Below, one piece after another: positions 31,595 through 41,410 of a DNA stretch of 64,000 nucleotides. The position numbers were made by a program, and so were the translations under genes. The notes under the pieces are model-generated. The model saw only the letters and a program-made list of their open reading frames with translations. It was not told the DNA's origin and did no database searches. The stretch's first letter is position 1; each line of letters opens with the position of its first letter. Source of the stretch: Candidatus Latescibacterota bacterium (GTDB lineage Bacteria; Latescibacterota; UBA2968; UBA8231); contig CBDETY010000003.1 in assembly GCA_965243025.1 (NCBI GenBank), positions 4,064,001-4,128,000 of the forward strand. Reading direction: 5' to 3'.

Positions 31595-32752
31595 CTACTG
31601 CTTCCACCCCAGGTAATGTCCCTCGGTCTTGTCGCTGACCACTATCCTTACGTCGGGACGTTCCCGCACCTCGGGACGCAAACTCGTTCCCAGGCCGGGA
31701 CCTTCGGGGGCCAGCAGATACCCGTCCTGTATGTTTGGGTTCGTCGTCACAAACTCCCCGTACCAGCCTTCGTAATACTCGCGAATCGTCTCCATCAGCA
31801 TCGCGTTGGGCACGTTCATGCAGATATGGGCGCACGCAAACACGTTTACAGGCCCCGTGCAATCGTGGGGGCATACCGGAAGCTGATAAGTCTCCCCCAG
31901 AATCGAGATCTTCTTCGTCTCCGATATGCCGCCCGTCCAGATGAGATCGGGCATCAGAATTTCCACGGCGCCCTTCTCGATAAATTCCCGGAACTGGTAG
32001 CGCGTCACCAACCTCTCGGCGAGACAGACCGGGAACTTCGCTTCTCTCACCAGAGCCAGGTGCGCGTCAACATTGCGCGGCGAAAGCATCTCCTCAAGCC
32101 AGAGGATGTTGTACGGCTCCAAAGCCTTCGCTACCCTGATAGCGTTGTGAAGACTCCAGAATCCGTGCCCGTCAATGGCAATGCTCATGCTGTTGCCAAC
32201 AGCCTCGTGAATTCTGCGTACGGGTTCTATCATGGCCTCGATCTCTTCGTCAGAGACGTAGTACCCATCGCCTTCATGCGCATCGGGGAACGCGCCGAGC
32301 TTCATGTGCTTGATCCCGCGATCGAGAAGGTCTGTCGCATGAGACACGGGATCTTCCCGAAAACCAGGACCCCCGCCAGTATTGTATACGCGGATTCTGT
32401 CCCGGCAGGCACCCCCGAGCATTTCATATACAGGCCTGCCCGACGCTTGGCCCGCGATGTCCCAGAGCGCGATGTCTATCGCGGATATTGCCCGAGTCTC
32501 CGCGCCGCCATATCCCCAGTGGTCGGCAAGGCGGAACATATTGTGCCAGTGGTTCTCGATATTCAAGGGGTTGCGTCCTATCAGCATTGGGGCGAACAAC
32601 TCATGCACCGCCCCCTCCACTGCCATCGACCCGTACCAAGTCTCGCCAAGTCCAACATGACCTTCGTCTGTATAAATCTGGACCCAGATCCCGCAACCAT
32701 ACCTCTCCCTTCGGTTTGCCACCCGGATCGTTTCTACCTCTGTTATCTTCAT
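31595..32752 (-). CDS. Mandelate racemase/muconate lactonizing enzyme family
   Basis: AISAIDIALWDI.G, WLEE, GGISETKKI, PHDC. Confidence 0.92.
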   Translation of the reverse strand: MKITEVETIRVANRRERYGCGIWVQIYTDEGHVGLGETWYGSMAVEGAVHELFAPMLIGRNPLNIENHWHNMFRLADHWGYGGAETRAISAIDIALWDIAGQASGRPVYEMLGGACRDRIRVYNTGGGPGFREDPVSHATDLLDRGIKHMKLGAFPDAHEGDGYYVSDEEIEAMIEPVRRIHEAVGNSMSIAIDGHGFWSLHNAIRVAKALEPYNILWLEEMLSPRNVDAHLALVREAKFPVCLAERLVTRYQFREFIEKGAVEILMPDLIWTGGISETKKISILGETYQLPVCPHDCTGPVNVFACAHICMNVPNAMLMETIREYYEGWYGEFVTTNPNIQDGYLLAPEGPGLGTSLRPEVRERPDVRIVVSDKTEGHYLGWKQ

Positions 32753-33128
32753 TTCTTTCCCTTATTCTTTCACGTGGAAAAAAGGCTCTGGAGAATATCC
32801 TTGAATTTGCTGTCGCGAAAGGCGGCCCAGAGAAAACCGGTATTTCCGGGGAATGGCATCCGGGAGCAACGTTTTCGCGGCGGCTTAGGGCTTGCATCCA
32901 AGGTCGGCAAGTTGCGAGTCAATATGAGCGACACCTTTCCATTCGACCTGAGCGTAGTGGTAAACATGGGTGAAGTGAAACCGCTCGATCAAATACGTCA
33001 CTCGATTGTTGGTTCTTCCATTCTCGCACCACGGCATCTCTTTCAAGCCCCCCAGGATTCCGCGGAGGCATCTCACGTGACTTTCGAGAAGAGTTACGTT
33101 GTCACCTCGATCAAGACCCTCCTCTACT

Positions 33129-33158
33129 TTGACATCATTCACCCGATAGGCTTAGACT
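33129..33158 (+). promoter_or_regulatory. Putative sigma70 promoter for the only plus-strand gene in the array
   Basis: TTGACA (33129-33134), 18-nt spacer, TAGACT (33153-33158). Confidence 0.5.
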
Positions 33159-33287
33159 TCCCATCAAGTGCCTCCAGGGAGGCCCTCGGTCCGCGGTAAG
33201 GGTCCCAGACCCACCCTCCTCTCTGAAATGCAGACCTTCTTTCTGCCTGGCTTCGCGGACAACAGGCGTTTCTGAAAGAGGGTTGTC

Positions 33288-33992
33288 ATGTCTCCAGTTC
33301 TACCTCGCAATCCGCATCTCCAACCCATCAGACGCCTCGCCAAGGGGTTGCTGGGTGCGCACCAGGAGCAGACCGAAGCTGCCGGCGAACGTATTGCCGA
33401 ACACCACCCTCGGTTTTCCGGAAAAACCTCGGGGCAAGCGCTTTCCGAAGAATTCTCGCTTCAGGACGCACAGCTGGTCGTGGCGAGAGAGCACGGCCGG
33501 GCCAACTGGTCTCAGCTGGTTGGCGTGGTCGAACTGATGCGCGGAGTCCATGGGGTCTTCGTAGAGGGAAGACACGTTCATCTGGTCGCCAAGGATGCCG
33601 TCCAAATGGACGCTTTTGCAGGACTTTTGATCCCGCACTATGGGCCGGATCAATTTGGGCTTTTGGGACACTATTCTCCAGGAGAAAAGACCGAGTCTGC
33701 TCTGGGACGGTCCATCCACCTTATCTCTGAAAGCAGAGTTCTCGTCTCTGAGTACCACACCCTTGGCCTCGCCCACTTGCTTGAACACCGCCGCCGGCCA
33801 GACGGGCCGTTTGAAGTTGACAGGCTTCTCGCGCGTACACAAGCAATCGTTCCGAAATCTCTGTCCAGCAGCAGGCCGGTGCTGCTGGGCGTAAAAGAGC
33901 AGGAGGCCCAATCAGGTTTTGATGAAGTGCGCGAGATAAAAATACAACAGCTCTGCAGCCTCTACGGTTCGGTCAGCGAGGTGAATCTTTAG
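33288..33992 (+). CDS. Hypothetical protein with small helical N-domain like that of bacterial ankyrin-repeat proteins
   Basis: LPRNPHL..IRRLAKGLL..FSLQDAQLVVAREHG..NW..L. Confidence 0.6.
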   Translation: MSPVLPRNPHLQPIRRLAKGLLGAHQEQTEAAGERIAEHHPRFSGKTSGQALSEEFSLQDAQLVVAREHGRANWSQLVGVVELMRGVHGVFVEGRHVHLVAKDAVQMDAFAGLLIPHYGPDQFGLLGHYSPGEKTESALGRSIHLISESRVLVSEYHTLGLAHLLEHRRRPDGPFEVDRLLARTQAIVPKSLSSSRPVLLGVKEQEAQSGFDEVREIKIQQLCSLYGSVSEVNL

Positions 33993-34459
33993 AGGGCAGA
34001 CGTTGCCAAGCTGTCAGGCATCCTGCCGCGGATTTCATCGGCGACCTTTTCCAAAACGTCGACGGAAACCAGATTTCTCGGCGACGGGACACTGTAGTGA
34101 CCGGGAAAATCCGGATCCCCAAACTGACATCCCGCAAATTCCCGAGGCGCCGCGAATCGAGGAATCACGTGAAAATGGACATGCTTGTCCTGGTTCTGAA
34201 GGAAGGCGTAGTTGATATGAGAAGGCGCAAAGGCTTCTGTCAGTGCCTTTGTTGTCCGTTTCAATTCGCGATGCAAATCAAGCCACTCAGTTTCAGAAAG
34301 GTCAGGTACGGACTCCTCGTGGCGATTCAAGGTGAGAAAGCACTTCCCGAGGAGGTTCTGGTTAAGGTTGACAATCAGCTTCCAGCAAGCGCTCTCCATC
34401 ACAATTGGACCAAGTGACGGGGCGCACAGACCACATACAGCAGGGGTCTCTTCTCGCAT
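33989..34459 (-). CDS. HIT family protein
   Basis: HVHFHVIPR histidine triad. Confidence 0.88.
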   Translation of the reverse strand: MREETPAVCGLCAPSLGPIVMESACWKLIVNLNQNLLGKCFLTLNRHEESVPDLSETEWLDLHRELKRTTKALTEAFAPSHINYAFLQNQDKHVHFHVIPRFAAPREFAGCQFGDPDFPGHYSVPSPRNLVSVDVLEKVADEIRGRMPDSLATSAL

Positions 34460-34460
34460 C

Positions 34461-35045
34461 TTATTTCCCCTCCAGAAATACCTGCCTCTTCCTGTTTGCC
34501 ATTCTCGACAGTGGCAAACGGAATTTTTCCAATGACCTACGGAACCGAATCTGACGTCCCTTGTCTCGAACGCCGCCATCGCGTTTCCACCCCATCGCCT
34601 CGTAGAAGCCGATCCCGAGTTCATAACCCTCAACGGTCCAGACTACGGCTTCGTCGTAACCGTCCGCAACGAGACGACGAAACGCGAGCGAGGCCAATGT
34701 TTGCCCGATCCCGAGGCGCCAGTACGAGGGGTCAACGGCAATGGTGTCGAGTTCCCCCAATCTGGCGTCAACGGGATCCCGGCTGGGACCGATGCCGACA
34801 AAACCGACAACCCTACCCGTATGCTCTGCGACCCACCACCGGTGCGGGGCGGACTTGGCAAGATCGCCACGCCAGCGCTCCACGAGCTCCGAGGTAACGA
34901 TCCGGTCGGACTGCTCGATGAGTTCTCCGAATCCTGCATTCCAGGAATCGATATATACGAGTGTCACGACCTCGGCGTCCTCAGGAGTGGCCGGTCGGAT
35001 CGTTGGTGAAAGTTTCTGCGAACGTTTGTATTCCAATTTGCCCAT
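34461..35045 (-). CDS. GNAT acetyltransferase
   Basis: IRPATPED, AVDPSYWRLGIG, FYEAMGW. Confidence 0.85.
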   Translation of the reverse strand: MGKLEYKRSQKLSPTIRPATPEDAEVVTLVYIDSWNAGFGELIEQSDRIVTSELVERWRGDLAKSAPHRWWVAEHTGRVVGFVGIGPSRDPVDARLGELDTIAVDPSYWRLGIGQTLASLAFRRLVADGYDEAVVWTVEGYELGIGFYEAMGWKRDGGVRDKGRQIRFRRSLEKFRLPLSRMANRKRQVFLEGK

Positions 35046-35199
35046 CGTCTCATCTTTTGTCACAAAACGTTGCCTCCCCTTGCGAAGCCTCCTCAGCGAA
35101 CTGGGCCGCTGTGGCCGTCGTGCTCGAGGATCCGGTGGAAGAGCGCCGGGTTCGTTTTCAGAAGTGGCTCGAGCCTCCTGGCGTCACCGGCTTCGACGG

Positions 35200-35579
35200 A
35201 AGCTCCGTGTTCGTACTCAGGTAGCCGAGGCCGGCTCGGCGACCCCGATGCCGGCGTGGTCGTTGCCGTCGTAGAACATGAGCGTCGGCCCCTCGTGGTG
35301 AATGAGTCGATCGACCCTTCAGGGGCGGAGATCGATCAGCGGATCGTCGCCGACCATCGTCCAGGTCATCGGATCGTCGAGGGACGCCTCCGCCAAGCCG
35401 ACGCGACGCAGCTTGTTTCTGTCGCTGAAGTACTGCTCGCCGTGGAAGTACATGAGGTACCGATCGTTGGTCCGGGTGATGCACGGCGCCGATGGGCGTT
35501 GGTCCCACGTGTCGGCGTCTTTGGCCGGAACGACGAGCCCCAGCTTGCGCCAGGTCTGTTCAGTCATCTCCGCCATCAC
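35200..35579 (-). pseudogene. Beta-propeller glycosidase fragment
   Basis: WRKLGLV..YLMYF.G..VGLAEA stops at 35319; tail MFYDGNDHAGIGVA in another frame; internally deleted. Confidence 0.5.
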
Positions 35580-35678
35580 GGTCCTTCACTTATTGGCAGC
35601 GCAGGCATCACCATTCCATCGGTGCTCCCGTCCGGTCTTGCTTCTGCTGTTACTTGAAACCTTCTCTATTGATTCAAT

Positions 35679-36236
35679 CTATTCGAAATCAATTTCGCTA
35701 GCCGCCTTGACCTGAATGATGCCGCTCAGCTCAGCGTTTACCTCTTCAATGATTTGTGCAGCGGTAGCTCCCTCCGTTCCAAAAGTGCTGTGGACATCCC
35801 CAACGAGGATCACGTCATATTTCAGATCGGAGGCACTCAGAGAATTCGCCTTTATGCAAACTTCTGTCTGCATTCCAATGACAAAAAGCCTCCCTATCTC
35901 CCTGCATTGAAGTTGCACGTGCAGATCGGTGTTTGCGAAGGCGCTTGGTTCAAACTTCTGAACAACGAGATCGCCGTCTTGGGGGCGAAGAGACGGATGT
36001 ATCTCCCAACCGAAAGTACCGGGCTCATCCGGCTCTCCCTTCTCCCCGTTATTCTGCAAGTAGACTACGAGAATGCCATAGTCTCGCGCCCTCCGAATCA
36101 GTTTCTCCAACTGTTTGAGAAGCCTCTCTCCCTTGTAAATTGGAAAGGACTCATCAAACATGTTGACCTGAGCATCGACAACAAGTAAGGCAGTATTCAA
36201 GCTCATGGAGTCAGATTTCGTTTCCGATTCCGCCAA
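35679..36236 (-). CDS. Isochorismatase/cysteine hydrolase
   Basis: ALLVVDAQ, K..PSAF..TDL, GMQTEVCI, D.HST. Confidence 0.9.
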   Translation of the reverse strand: MAESETKSDSMSLNTALLVVDAQVNMFDESFPIYKGERLLKQLEKLIRRARDYGILVVYLQNNGEKGEPDEPGTFGWEIHPSLRPQDGDLVVQKFEPSAFANTDLHVQLQCREIGRLFVIGMQTEVCIKANSLSASDLKYDVILVGDVHSTFGTEGATAAQIIEEVNAELSGIIQVKAASEIDFE

Positions 36237-36326
36237 ATCGGATTCCTGAAAGGCGAGGCCCCAAATACGCCGCAGGGTACCGCACGGCTAAATTGCCGTG
36301 GCGAACCTGCTGCAAGACACAATTGG

Positions 36327-36833
36327 CTAACCTTCCTCGGTGAAATCCGATGAGAGAGCTCCCAGGAATCCAATGCCTTTGTGCGGATCTCTGTATTGAG
36401 TCAATTCGTGATGTCCGATCATGAAGCCCTGAGACTCCCAGAACGTCAGGGCGCTGGGGTTGTCGCGGCGTACATTCAGGTCAATCCGATCAACACCCAA
36501 GCCGTCGGTGATTTCAGTTACCGCTCGTACCAGGAAGGACCCAATGCCCTTCCGGCGCTGCGTTGGGACAACGTAGAAGTCACTGATTTTCGCACTTGTT
36601 CCACAAATTGAAAATGAAACGAATCCAACGGGGGATCCTTCGCTGAGGCACCAGAAAACCCTTGGTTCCGGACTGGAAAGGGGAAACCGATCTGCGAAAT
36701 ACGCATCGCGACGATCCGACCACCGTACTGTATCTGCAGTTGGCATCGTCTCCGACCAGTAGGCATCAACTAGTGGCCAAAACCTGTCCTCATCGGAAGC
36801 AAGCACCTGCTCGAACCCAAGGCGAACAGTCAA
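36327..36833 (-). CDS. GNAT acetyltransferase
   Basis: FYVVPTQRRKGIG, N..AL.FW...GF. Confidence 0.85.
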   Translation of the reverse strand: MTVRLGFEQVLASDEDRFWPLVDAYWSETMPTADTVRWSDRRDAYFADRFPLSSPEPRVFWCLSEGSPVGFVSFSICGTSAKISDFYVVPTQRRKGIGSFLVRAVTEITDGLGVDRIDLNVRRDNPSALTFWESQGFMIGHHELTQYRDPHKGIGFLGALSSDFTEEG

Positions 36834-36865
36834 ACTGTGTTTCCTCTCACATGAGGCCCCATGCC

Positions 36866-36941
36866 AGCTAACGTTTTCTCGCCCTTGAATCGCGAAGCGG
36901 TCTGGCGAAGATCCGAATGGGGCAAGGTCATGGTGTTAATC
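36866..36941. repeat. attC-like site
   Basis: AGCTAACGTT ... ATCGCGAAGCGGT ... GGCGAAG ... GTTAATC. Confidence 0.7.
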
Positions 36942-36989
36942 ATGTGTTGGAGCACTGGGCGGTCAGGTGGGAATCCTCGTCGCCGATCA

Positions 36990-37412
36990 TCAATCATTCC
37001 CCTGGCGCGTACTCCGATAGCCAGTTCCCGGGTAACGCCCAGCCAAATCGGCACTCTCCGTGTCTGAAAGCATTTCCGTGTCGGCCAGAGGAACTTCTTC
37101 AACAAGCTGCACCTTGAGTACTCTCATAGTCTTCCAGTGGGTGCGATCGGTACCCTGTCGTTCTTCGAGGTCCTGATCGTCGAGAGGTTCTGCGACAACG
37201 TAAAGAAATCCAGGGATCTTCCCATCGTGGCGAACCGCCGTGAAGTCGTCGTCAGAGACAGTTATGCGAGTTGGCCTGTGCGAAAAGGCTCTTGCGAGCT
37301 CCCTGAACGGAGTAACCCAGCTACCGGGCAGAAGAGTATCCAGTTCTTCGGGCGACCCGTGAAACCAGGGTCTATGTCTTGATGCGTCCCAAACGCTCAT
37401 GGGCTGGGTCAT
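36990..37412 (-). CDS. Hypothetical protein (WFHGS motif, possibly ART-like)
   Basis: WFHGSPEEL..GSWVTP..LARAFS, GFLYVV. Confidence 0.6.
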   Translation of the reverse strand: MTQPMSVWDASRHRPWFHGSPEELDTLLPGSWVTPFRELARAFSHRPTRITVSDDDFTAVRHDGKIPGFLYVVAEPLDDQDLEERQGTDRTHWKTMRVLKVQLVEEVPLADTEMLSDTESADLAGRYPGTGYRSTRQGND

Positions 37413-37604
37413 GACTCCTTCATCGCCCCAAATTCACCTGACCTTCTACGAATTGCGGACCTGCGAAGCAGGTTGCCGAAGGACAAGGCGCCCCCTGGGC
37501 GATGCACAAGCCGATCAGTCATCGGCTGAGGGCTTCTATCAAGACTCTTTACCCCACCCGAACAGGACACGGGCTTTTTTCGCCGCGTGGAGTCATTCTC
37601 ATAA

Positions 37605-38309
37605 TCATGTCAGGTGATAATCCACACCATACTGGATCAAGCCTAAGCGTCGAGCCAATCCCTGGGAAGCCAGATTTTCCCACGATGTACTGTAAAGCGG
37701 GACGAGGTCAAGTTCACGCACTGCAAGGGCCCACGCAGCGACAGCTGATACAGCGTAACCCCGCTGGCGGTAGATCTCCAGCGTATCAACTCCTGCCTCA
37801 TGCGCCCTCCATGATGAGCGGACACTTTGGCAAATCGACACGGCTTGGGAATCCTGGACAACCGCCAACCAGGGCCATCCACTATCCAATTCCGGCACCA
37901 TCTTGGCAAAGTTCCCCCTCAGAAGCCCTGCGTTTTCGACTGATAGCCGAACAACATTTGCTGGCGGATCGAGGCAATCCGGAAAGCGGTAAGCGGGCCC
38001 TCCCCACACCCGTTCAACCGGGGCATGGCCATGGAGGATGTCCTGGAATTGGCTGTGACCTCTTGGGAATTTCCGGGAATCCATAAGCACCGGCTCGGCG
38101 GCGGCAGCTTCCTTCAGGGAAGTAACCAAATTTTCAGGAAGGTCATTTCGGAATAGGCATATCGAACCTTCCCTGGTTCGCCCGAAGAAGAAACGGGGAG
38201 CTGGACCAGGATCCCCACCAGGATCGTTTATCCCTCGAAGACGCCCATTTCCTTCAGACGTGAACAGCGCCTCAACGTGTATTTCCATCAGTTCCCTATC
38301 TGACACCAT
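37605..38309 (-). CDS. GNAT acetyltransferase (GNAT_2-like)
   Basis: EAGVDT..YRQRGYA, LYSTSWENLASQ.LA.RLG. Confidence 0.88.
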   Translation of the reverse strand: MVSDRELMEIHVEALFTSEGNGRLRGINDPGGDPGPAPRFFFGRTREGSICLFRNDLPENLVTSLKEAAAAEPVLMDSRKFPRGHSQFQDILHGHAPVERVWGGPAYRFPDCLDPPANVVRLSVENAGLLRGNFAKMVPELDSGWPWLAVVQDSQAVSICQSVRSSWRAHEAGVDTLEIYRQRGYAVSAVAAWALAVRELDLVPLYSTSWENLASQGLARRLGLIQYGVDYHLT

Positions 38310-38338
38310 GCTCCATTACCGATCCAGTCATCCATACC

Positions 38339-38423
38339 GCCCAACGTTTTCGCCGTGTCCGAACCGCCACAGCAGTTGCGCCAAGGTGCGACAGCCCTAA
38401 ACCCGGGCAGGACAGTGTTATGT
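38339..38423. repeat. attC-like site
   Basis: GCCCAACGTT...GTGTCCG / CGGGCAG...GTTATGT; stop codon of adjacent gene lies in the box. Confidence 0.8.
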
Positions 38424-39146
38424 GCTGTGGGCAAATCTCTTTGCAAACTCCCTCAAGATATCTTTGAGCAATTCTTCATTCCCAACCCAAATCTGATGAT
38501 CGGCGGTCTCAAGAAACTCCATCTGTGCGTTCGGCAACAGCTGAGCAATTTGCTCGACCGGCCAACTCGGCCTGATATCCTGTTTGCCATAAACGAAAAG
38601 TGCAGGTACGGTCAATGATGCCAGGTCCCGAAACAGCGTTGGGTGTTTGATATATTCTTTCCAAGACCTGCCGACCTGCGTGTTCATCTCCATATTTGGG
38701 GGATATGCCAGCTCTGGTGGTGCCTCAAGCCCCTGATCGCGCCGCTCGCTGTAAATTCGGTGCCAGTCCCGGTCGTTGTGTACCCGACCTCCTGAAAGAC
38801 AAATGAAGCCATGCACATGCTCGGAAAATCGCATCGAATAGGCCAACGACAAGTCCGCCCCAAATGAGTGACCAACCATGATCCACCGATCGACACCATA
38901 GTGATGTCGAATGGCGTGCAAGTCCTCAAGGCAGGTTTCAAGTGTATACGTCCTCATCTTGTCAGACCGGCCACATCCTCTGTGATCGAAGCGAATCACT
39001 TTGCACAGATCATCGAGCATTCCTGCGAGGGGTCCAAGATAGTCGCAGCAGCCAGAACCACCACTGCACAGCACCAACGGCACACCTCTCCCCTGCGCTA
39101 TTGTCCACAGGCGGAAATCTCCAACTTCAACGAACGACTCAGTCAT
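38418..39146 (-). CDS. Alpha/beta hydrolase
   Basis: FDHRGCGRS, GHSFG, YGKQD, ADHQIW. Confidence 0.88.
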   Translation of the reverse strand: MTESFVEVGDFRLWTIAQGRGVPLVLCSGGSGCCDYLGPLAGMLDDLCKVIRFDHRGCGRSDKMRTYTLETCLEDLHAIRHHYGVDRWIMVGHSFGADLSLAYSMRFSEHVHGFICLSGGRVHNDRDWHRIYSERRDQGLEAPPELAYPPNMEMNTQVGRSWKEYIKHPTLFRDLASLTVPALFVYGKQDIRPSWPVEQIAQLLPNAQMEFLETADHQIWVGNEELLKDILREFAKRFAHST

Positions 39147-39255
39147 TTTGGGGAAACACCTAAATGTCCATTGCAAATACGTCTCTCGAATTCCCGAACC
39201 TCGCAGCGGTGGGCTTAAGCGCTCTTGTCGTCCTCCGAAGGCGGGACTTGCGGAA

Positions 39256-39789
39256 TTAGCGTATCCGACTCACAACGAGCGAATCCAACTTGGATGAACA
39301 CCCCGCACCACCCTCATCGTGCCACACGCGTACTACAAGGTTGTCCTTTAAATGTACCCTTGACTGTTCGCCAGATCTCCCTCGAAGGAGAGTTGCAGCG
39401 CGCTCGGCTGCCTGGGAATCGGAGAATCTGAGTCCAAATATCCCTGCTTCTCCCTCACCGTGGTAAACGGAAAACAGAAACTCCTCCAATTCCGCCAAGA
39501 GTTCTCTCATTGCACTGGACGTCGAACCCTCACCTTCATCCTCGGAGCCTTGATGGCGATGGTGTTGATGAGGGGCCAGCAGCATCCCACCGAAACACTT
39601 CAGATATTCCCGGTCAGAGGTTACAAAGGGATTGCCTGGCGCCCCGCATGGTAACTCCGCGTCAGACGGTACGGCAGCCAATTCACACTCCTGTAAATCG
39701 TCACTCCCAAAAGTCAGCTCGGCTAACTGCATGGGAGAAGAACAGCTTAGGGTTCCACTTGCTATGGCAACCAAGGCTGGAATCTTCAT
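39256..39789 (-). CDS. Hypothetical lipoprotein
   Basis: MKIPALVAIASGTLSC lipobox-like N-terminus. Confidence 0.6.
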   Translation of the reverse strand: MKIPALVAIASGTLSCSSPMQLAELTFGSDDLQECELAAVPSDAELPCGAPGNPFVTSDREYLKCFGGMLLAPHQHHRHQGSEDEGEGSTSSAMRELLAELEEFLFSVYHGEGEAGIFGLRFSDSQAAERAATLLRGRSGEQSRVHLKDNLVVRVWHDEGGAGCSSKLDSLVVSRIR

Positions 39790-39795
39790 GTCCTA

Positions 39796-39861
39796 GTCCG
39801 AACCGCGAATGCAGTGGTGCGAGGGGCGGCAGCGCCGGAGCCGGGTACGGAGGTGTTACCT
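39796..39861. repeat. attC-like site, left end lost
   Basis: GTCCGAACCGCG...CCGGGTAC..GTTACCT. Confidence 0.6.
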
Positions 39862-40035
39862 GCCCGTGGCAGTCTTGATGCCGCGTCGCATTCTCGCGAC
39901 AAAAGCCCAGGGAATTTCCCTGAACTGCGACTTGCCCAGCTCACGTTCCTGCTGTGGCTCGAATACGGGCCCGGCAATACCATCCAGAACCAGACCGGAC
40001 TCGGCGCAGCGCAAAACCCCGAGTTGAGCCGTGAC

Positions 40036-40479
40036 CTACGTCCCCAGCTCTTTGAACAGGAAAAGCTCCCCCAGGTCGTCCTCAAACGGAAAACCTGCCA
40101 GAAACCCGCACTCAGAAAACCCCATGTGTCTATGCCATGTCTGCGGCTGGAACTCATCTACAACACACGAACTCAACAGGAACCTGTGGCCTCGGCGCAA
40201 CAGATTATCTTCTACGAACGCCAACATAGCCTTCCCAACACCTTTTCGCTGGTGCTCACGCAATACGTTGATCAGGCTGACAAATGCGGTGCCGCCGCCA
40301 TGTCCTGGCCACAAAAAGCATAGGTGAAGCATTCCCACGAGTTCACCTTGCAACTCCGCGACGATCACTTCGTTTATGCCGGGGACCTGCTCCGCAAATC
40401 GATTCGAGTCAAATGTGGCAGTCTTTACACACCACTCGACATCCGCCTTGCTGGCAGGTCTCACCAGTATGTCTGCCAT
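40036..40479 (-). CDS. GNAT acetyltransferase
   Basis: HQRKGVG, WHRHMGFSECG. Confidence 0.85.
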   Translation of the reverse strand: MADILVRPASKADVEWCVKTATFDSNRFAEQVPGINEVIVAELQGELVGMLHLCFLWPGHGGGTAFVSLINVLREHQRKGVGKAMLAFVEDNLLRRGHRFLLSSCVVDEFQPQTWHRHMGFSECGFLAGFPFEDDLGELFLFKELGT

Positions 40480-40514
40480 GGTTCCCCGTATTTCGCAGGA
40501 CAATCGAGGCTTTC

Positions 40515-40605
40515 GCTTAACGTCTGTCGATCCACGAATCTCCAAAGCAGGTTGCTCGCAGGACCAAGGCGCGCCCGCGCCGCAGGGAGTATCGAAATGT
40601 TTCCA
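40515..40605. repeat. attC-like site (degenerate)
   Basis: GCTTAACGTC..TCGAT / ATCGA..GTTTCCA. Confidence 0.65.
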
Positions 40606-40616
40606 GGAGTAATCCC

Positions 40617-41249
40617 CTAAGCATCAATTTCGAGAATCATATCCAATGACTCTTTCCCACTACTTGTACAGAACTGTCCAACCTGCCTGAACCCGCACTT
40701 TCGATAAAAGTGAATAGCACGAGCGTTGGAGCGGAATACGCCCCCGAGAAGAATGATCCTTCGTTTTCCAAATCTTCTTGCCAATTCTGCTAATCGTGGA
40801 AACACAGCGCTTCCGATTCCCCGGCTTTGGTACTCATCCGCAAGGCAAGGAGCAAATCGGCAATCGCTTTCACGATTCAGATGGAAGTCGTAGTTCCCAA
40901 ACCGAACAACATCTTCGGCGGTAATATCGAAACTGTATTCCAAGAGTCCAATTATGCAATTAAATTGAGCAAGCACAAACCTGAGTTTGTCGTAACAGCC
41001 GATTGCGGCGCACATATCGGCGGCGCTCTCATCATACCGACATACTTCCCACGTCTCGGGCTTCAAATTCGAAAAAAACGATGCGAGAGAATCCAGATCA
41101 GCGTGTACCAATGGTCGCAGAACGAACGACAGATCAAAGCCTAACCTGATCTCTTCTGAGAATTCCTCAGGATTTCGGGAAATGTCTGAAAGAGTGAGAC
41201 TAAAAACAGAATCCTCAGAGTGGACCCGTTGTTTGTCATACATGGGCAT
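40617..41249 (-). CDS. GNAT acetyltransferase
   Basis: YQSRGIG, N.RAIHFYRKCGF. Confidence 0.85.
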   Translation of the reverse strand: MPMYDKQRVHSEDSVFSLTLSDISRNPEEFSEEIRLGFDLSFVLRPLVHADLDSLASFFSNLKPETWEVCRYDESAADMCAAIGCYDKLRFVLAQFNCIIGLLEYSFDITAEDVVRFGNYDFHLNRESDCRFAPCLADEYQSRGIGSAVFPRLAELARRFGKRRIILLGGVFRSNARAIHFYRKCGFRQVGQFCTSSGKESLDMILEIDA

Positions 41250-41252
41250 TTC

Positions 41253-41347
41253 TGATAACGTTTTATCGGTTTGGAAAGGCCTCTCCCCAAGCGGTGCCCA
41301 AGGCCAAGGCGCCATTGGCGCCGTAGCTGAAAATCGTGCTGTTATTC
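41253..41347. repeat. attC-like site of the cupin cassette type
   Basis: TGATAACGTTTTATCGGTTT...GTTATTCGATGTG; both ends resemble the site at 51282-51378. Confidence 0.75.
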
Positions 41348-41410
41348 GATGTGCTGAAGCGGCAGCCGGGTGTTATGTGACGTGGCCCCGAATGGACGAT
41401 TGGTTCCCGG

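Noticed and set aside
33128-33133. CTTTGAC-type prfB programmed frameshift site
   Set aside because: No upstream Shine-Dalgarno or release-factor ORF; better explained as a -35 TTGACA
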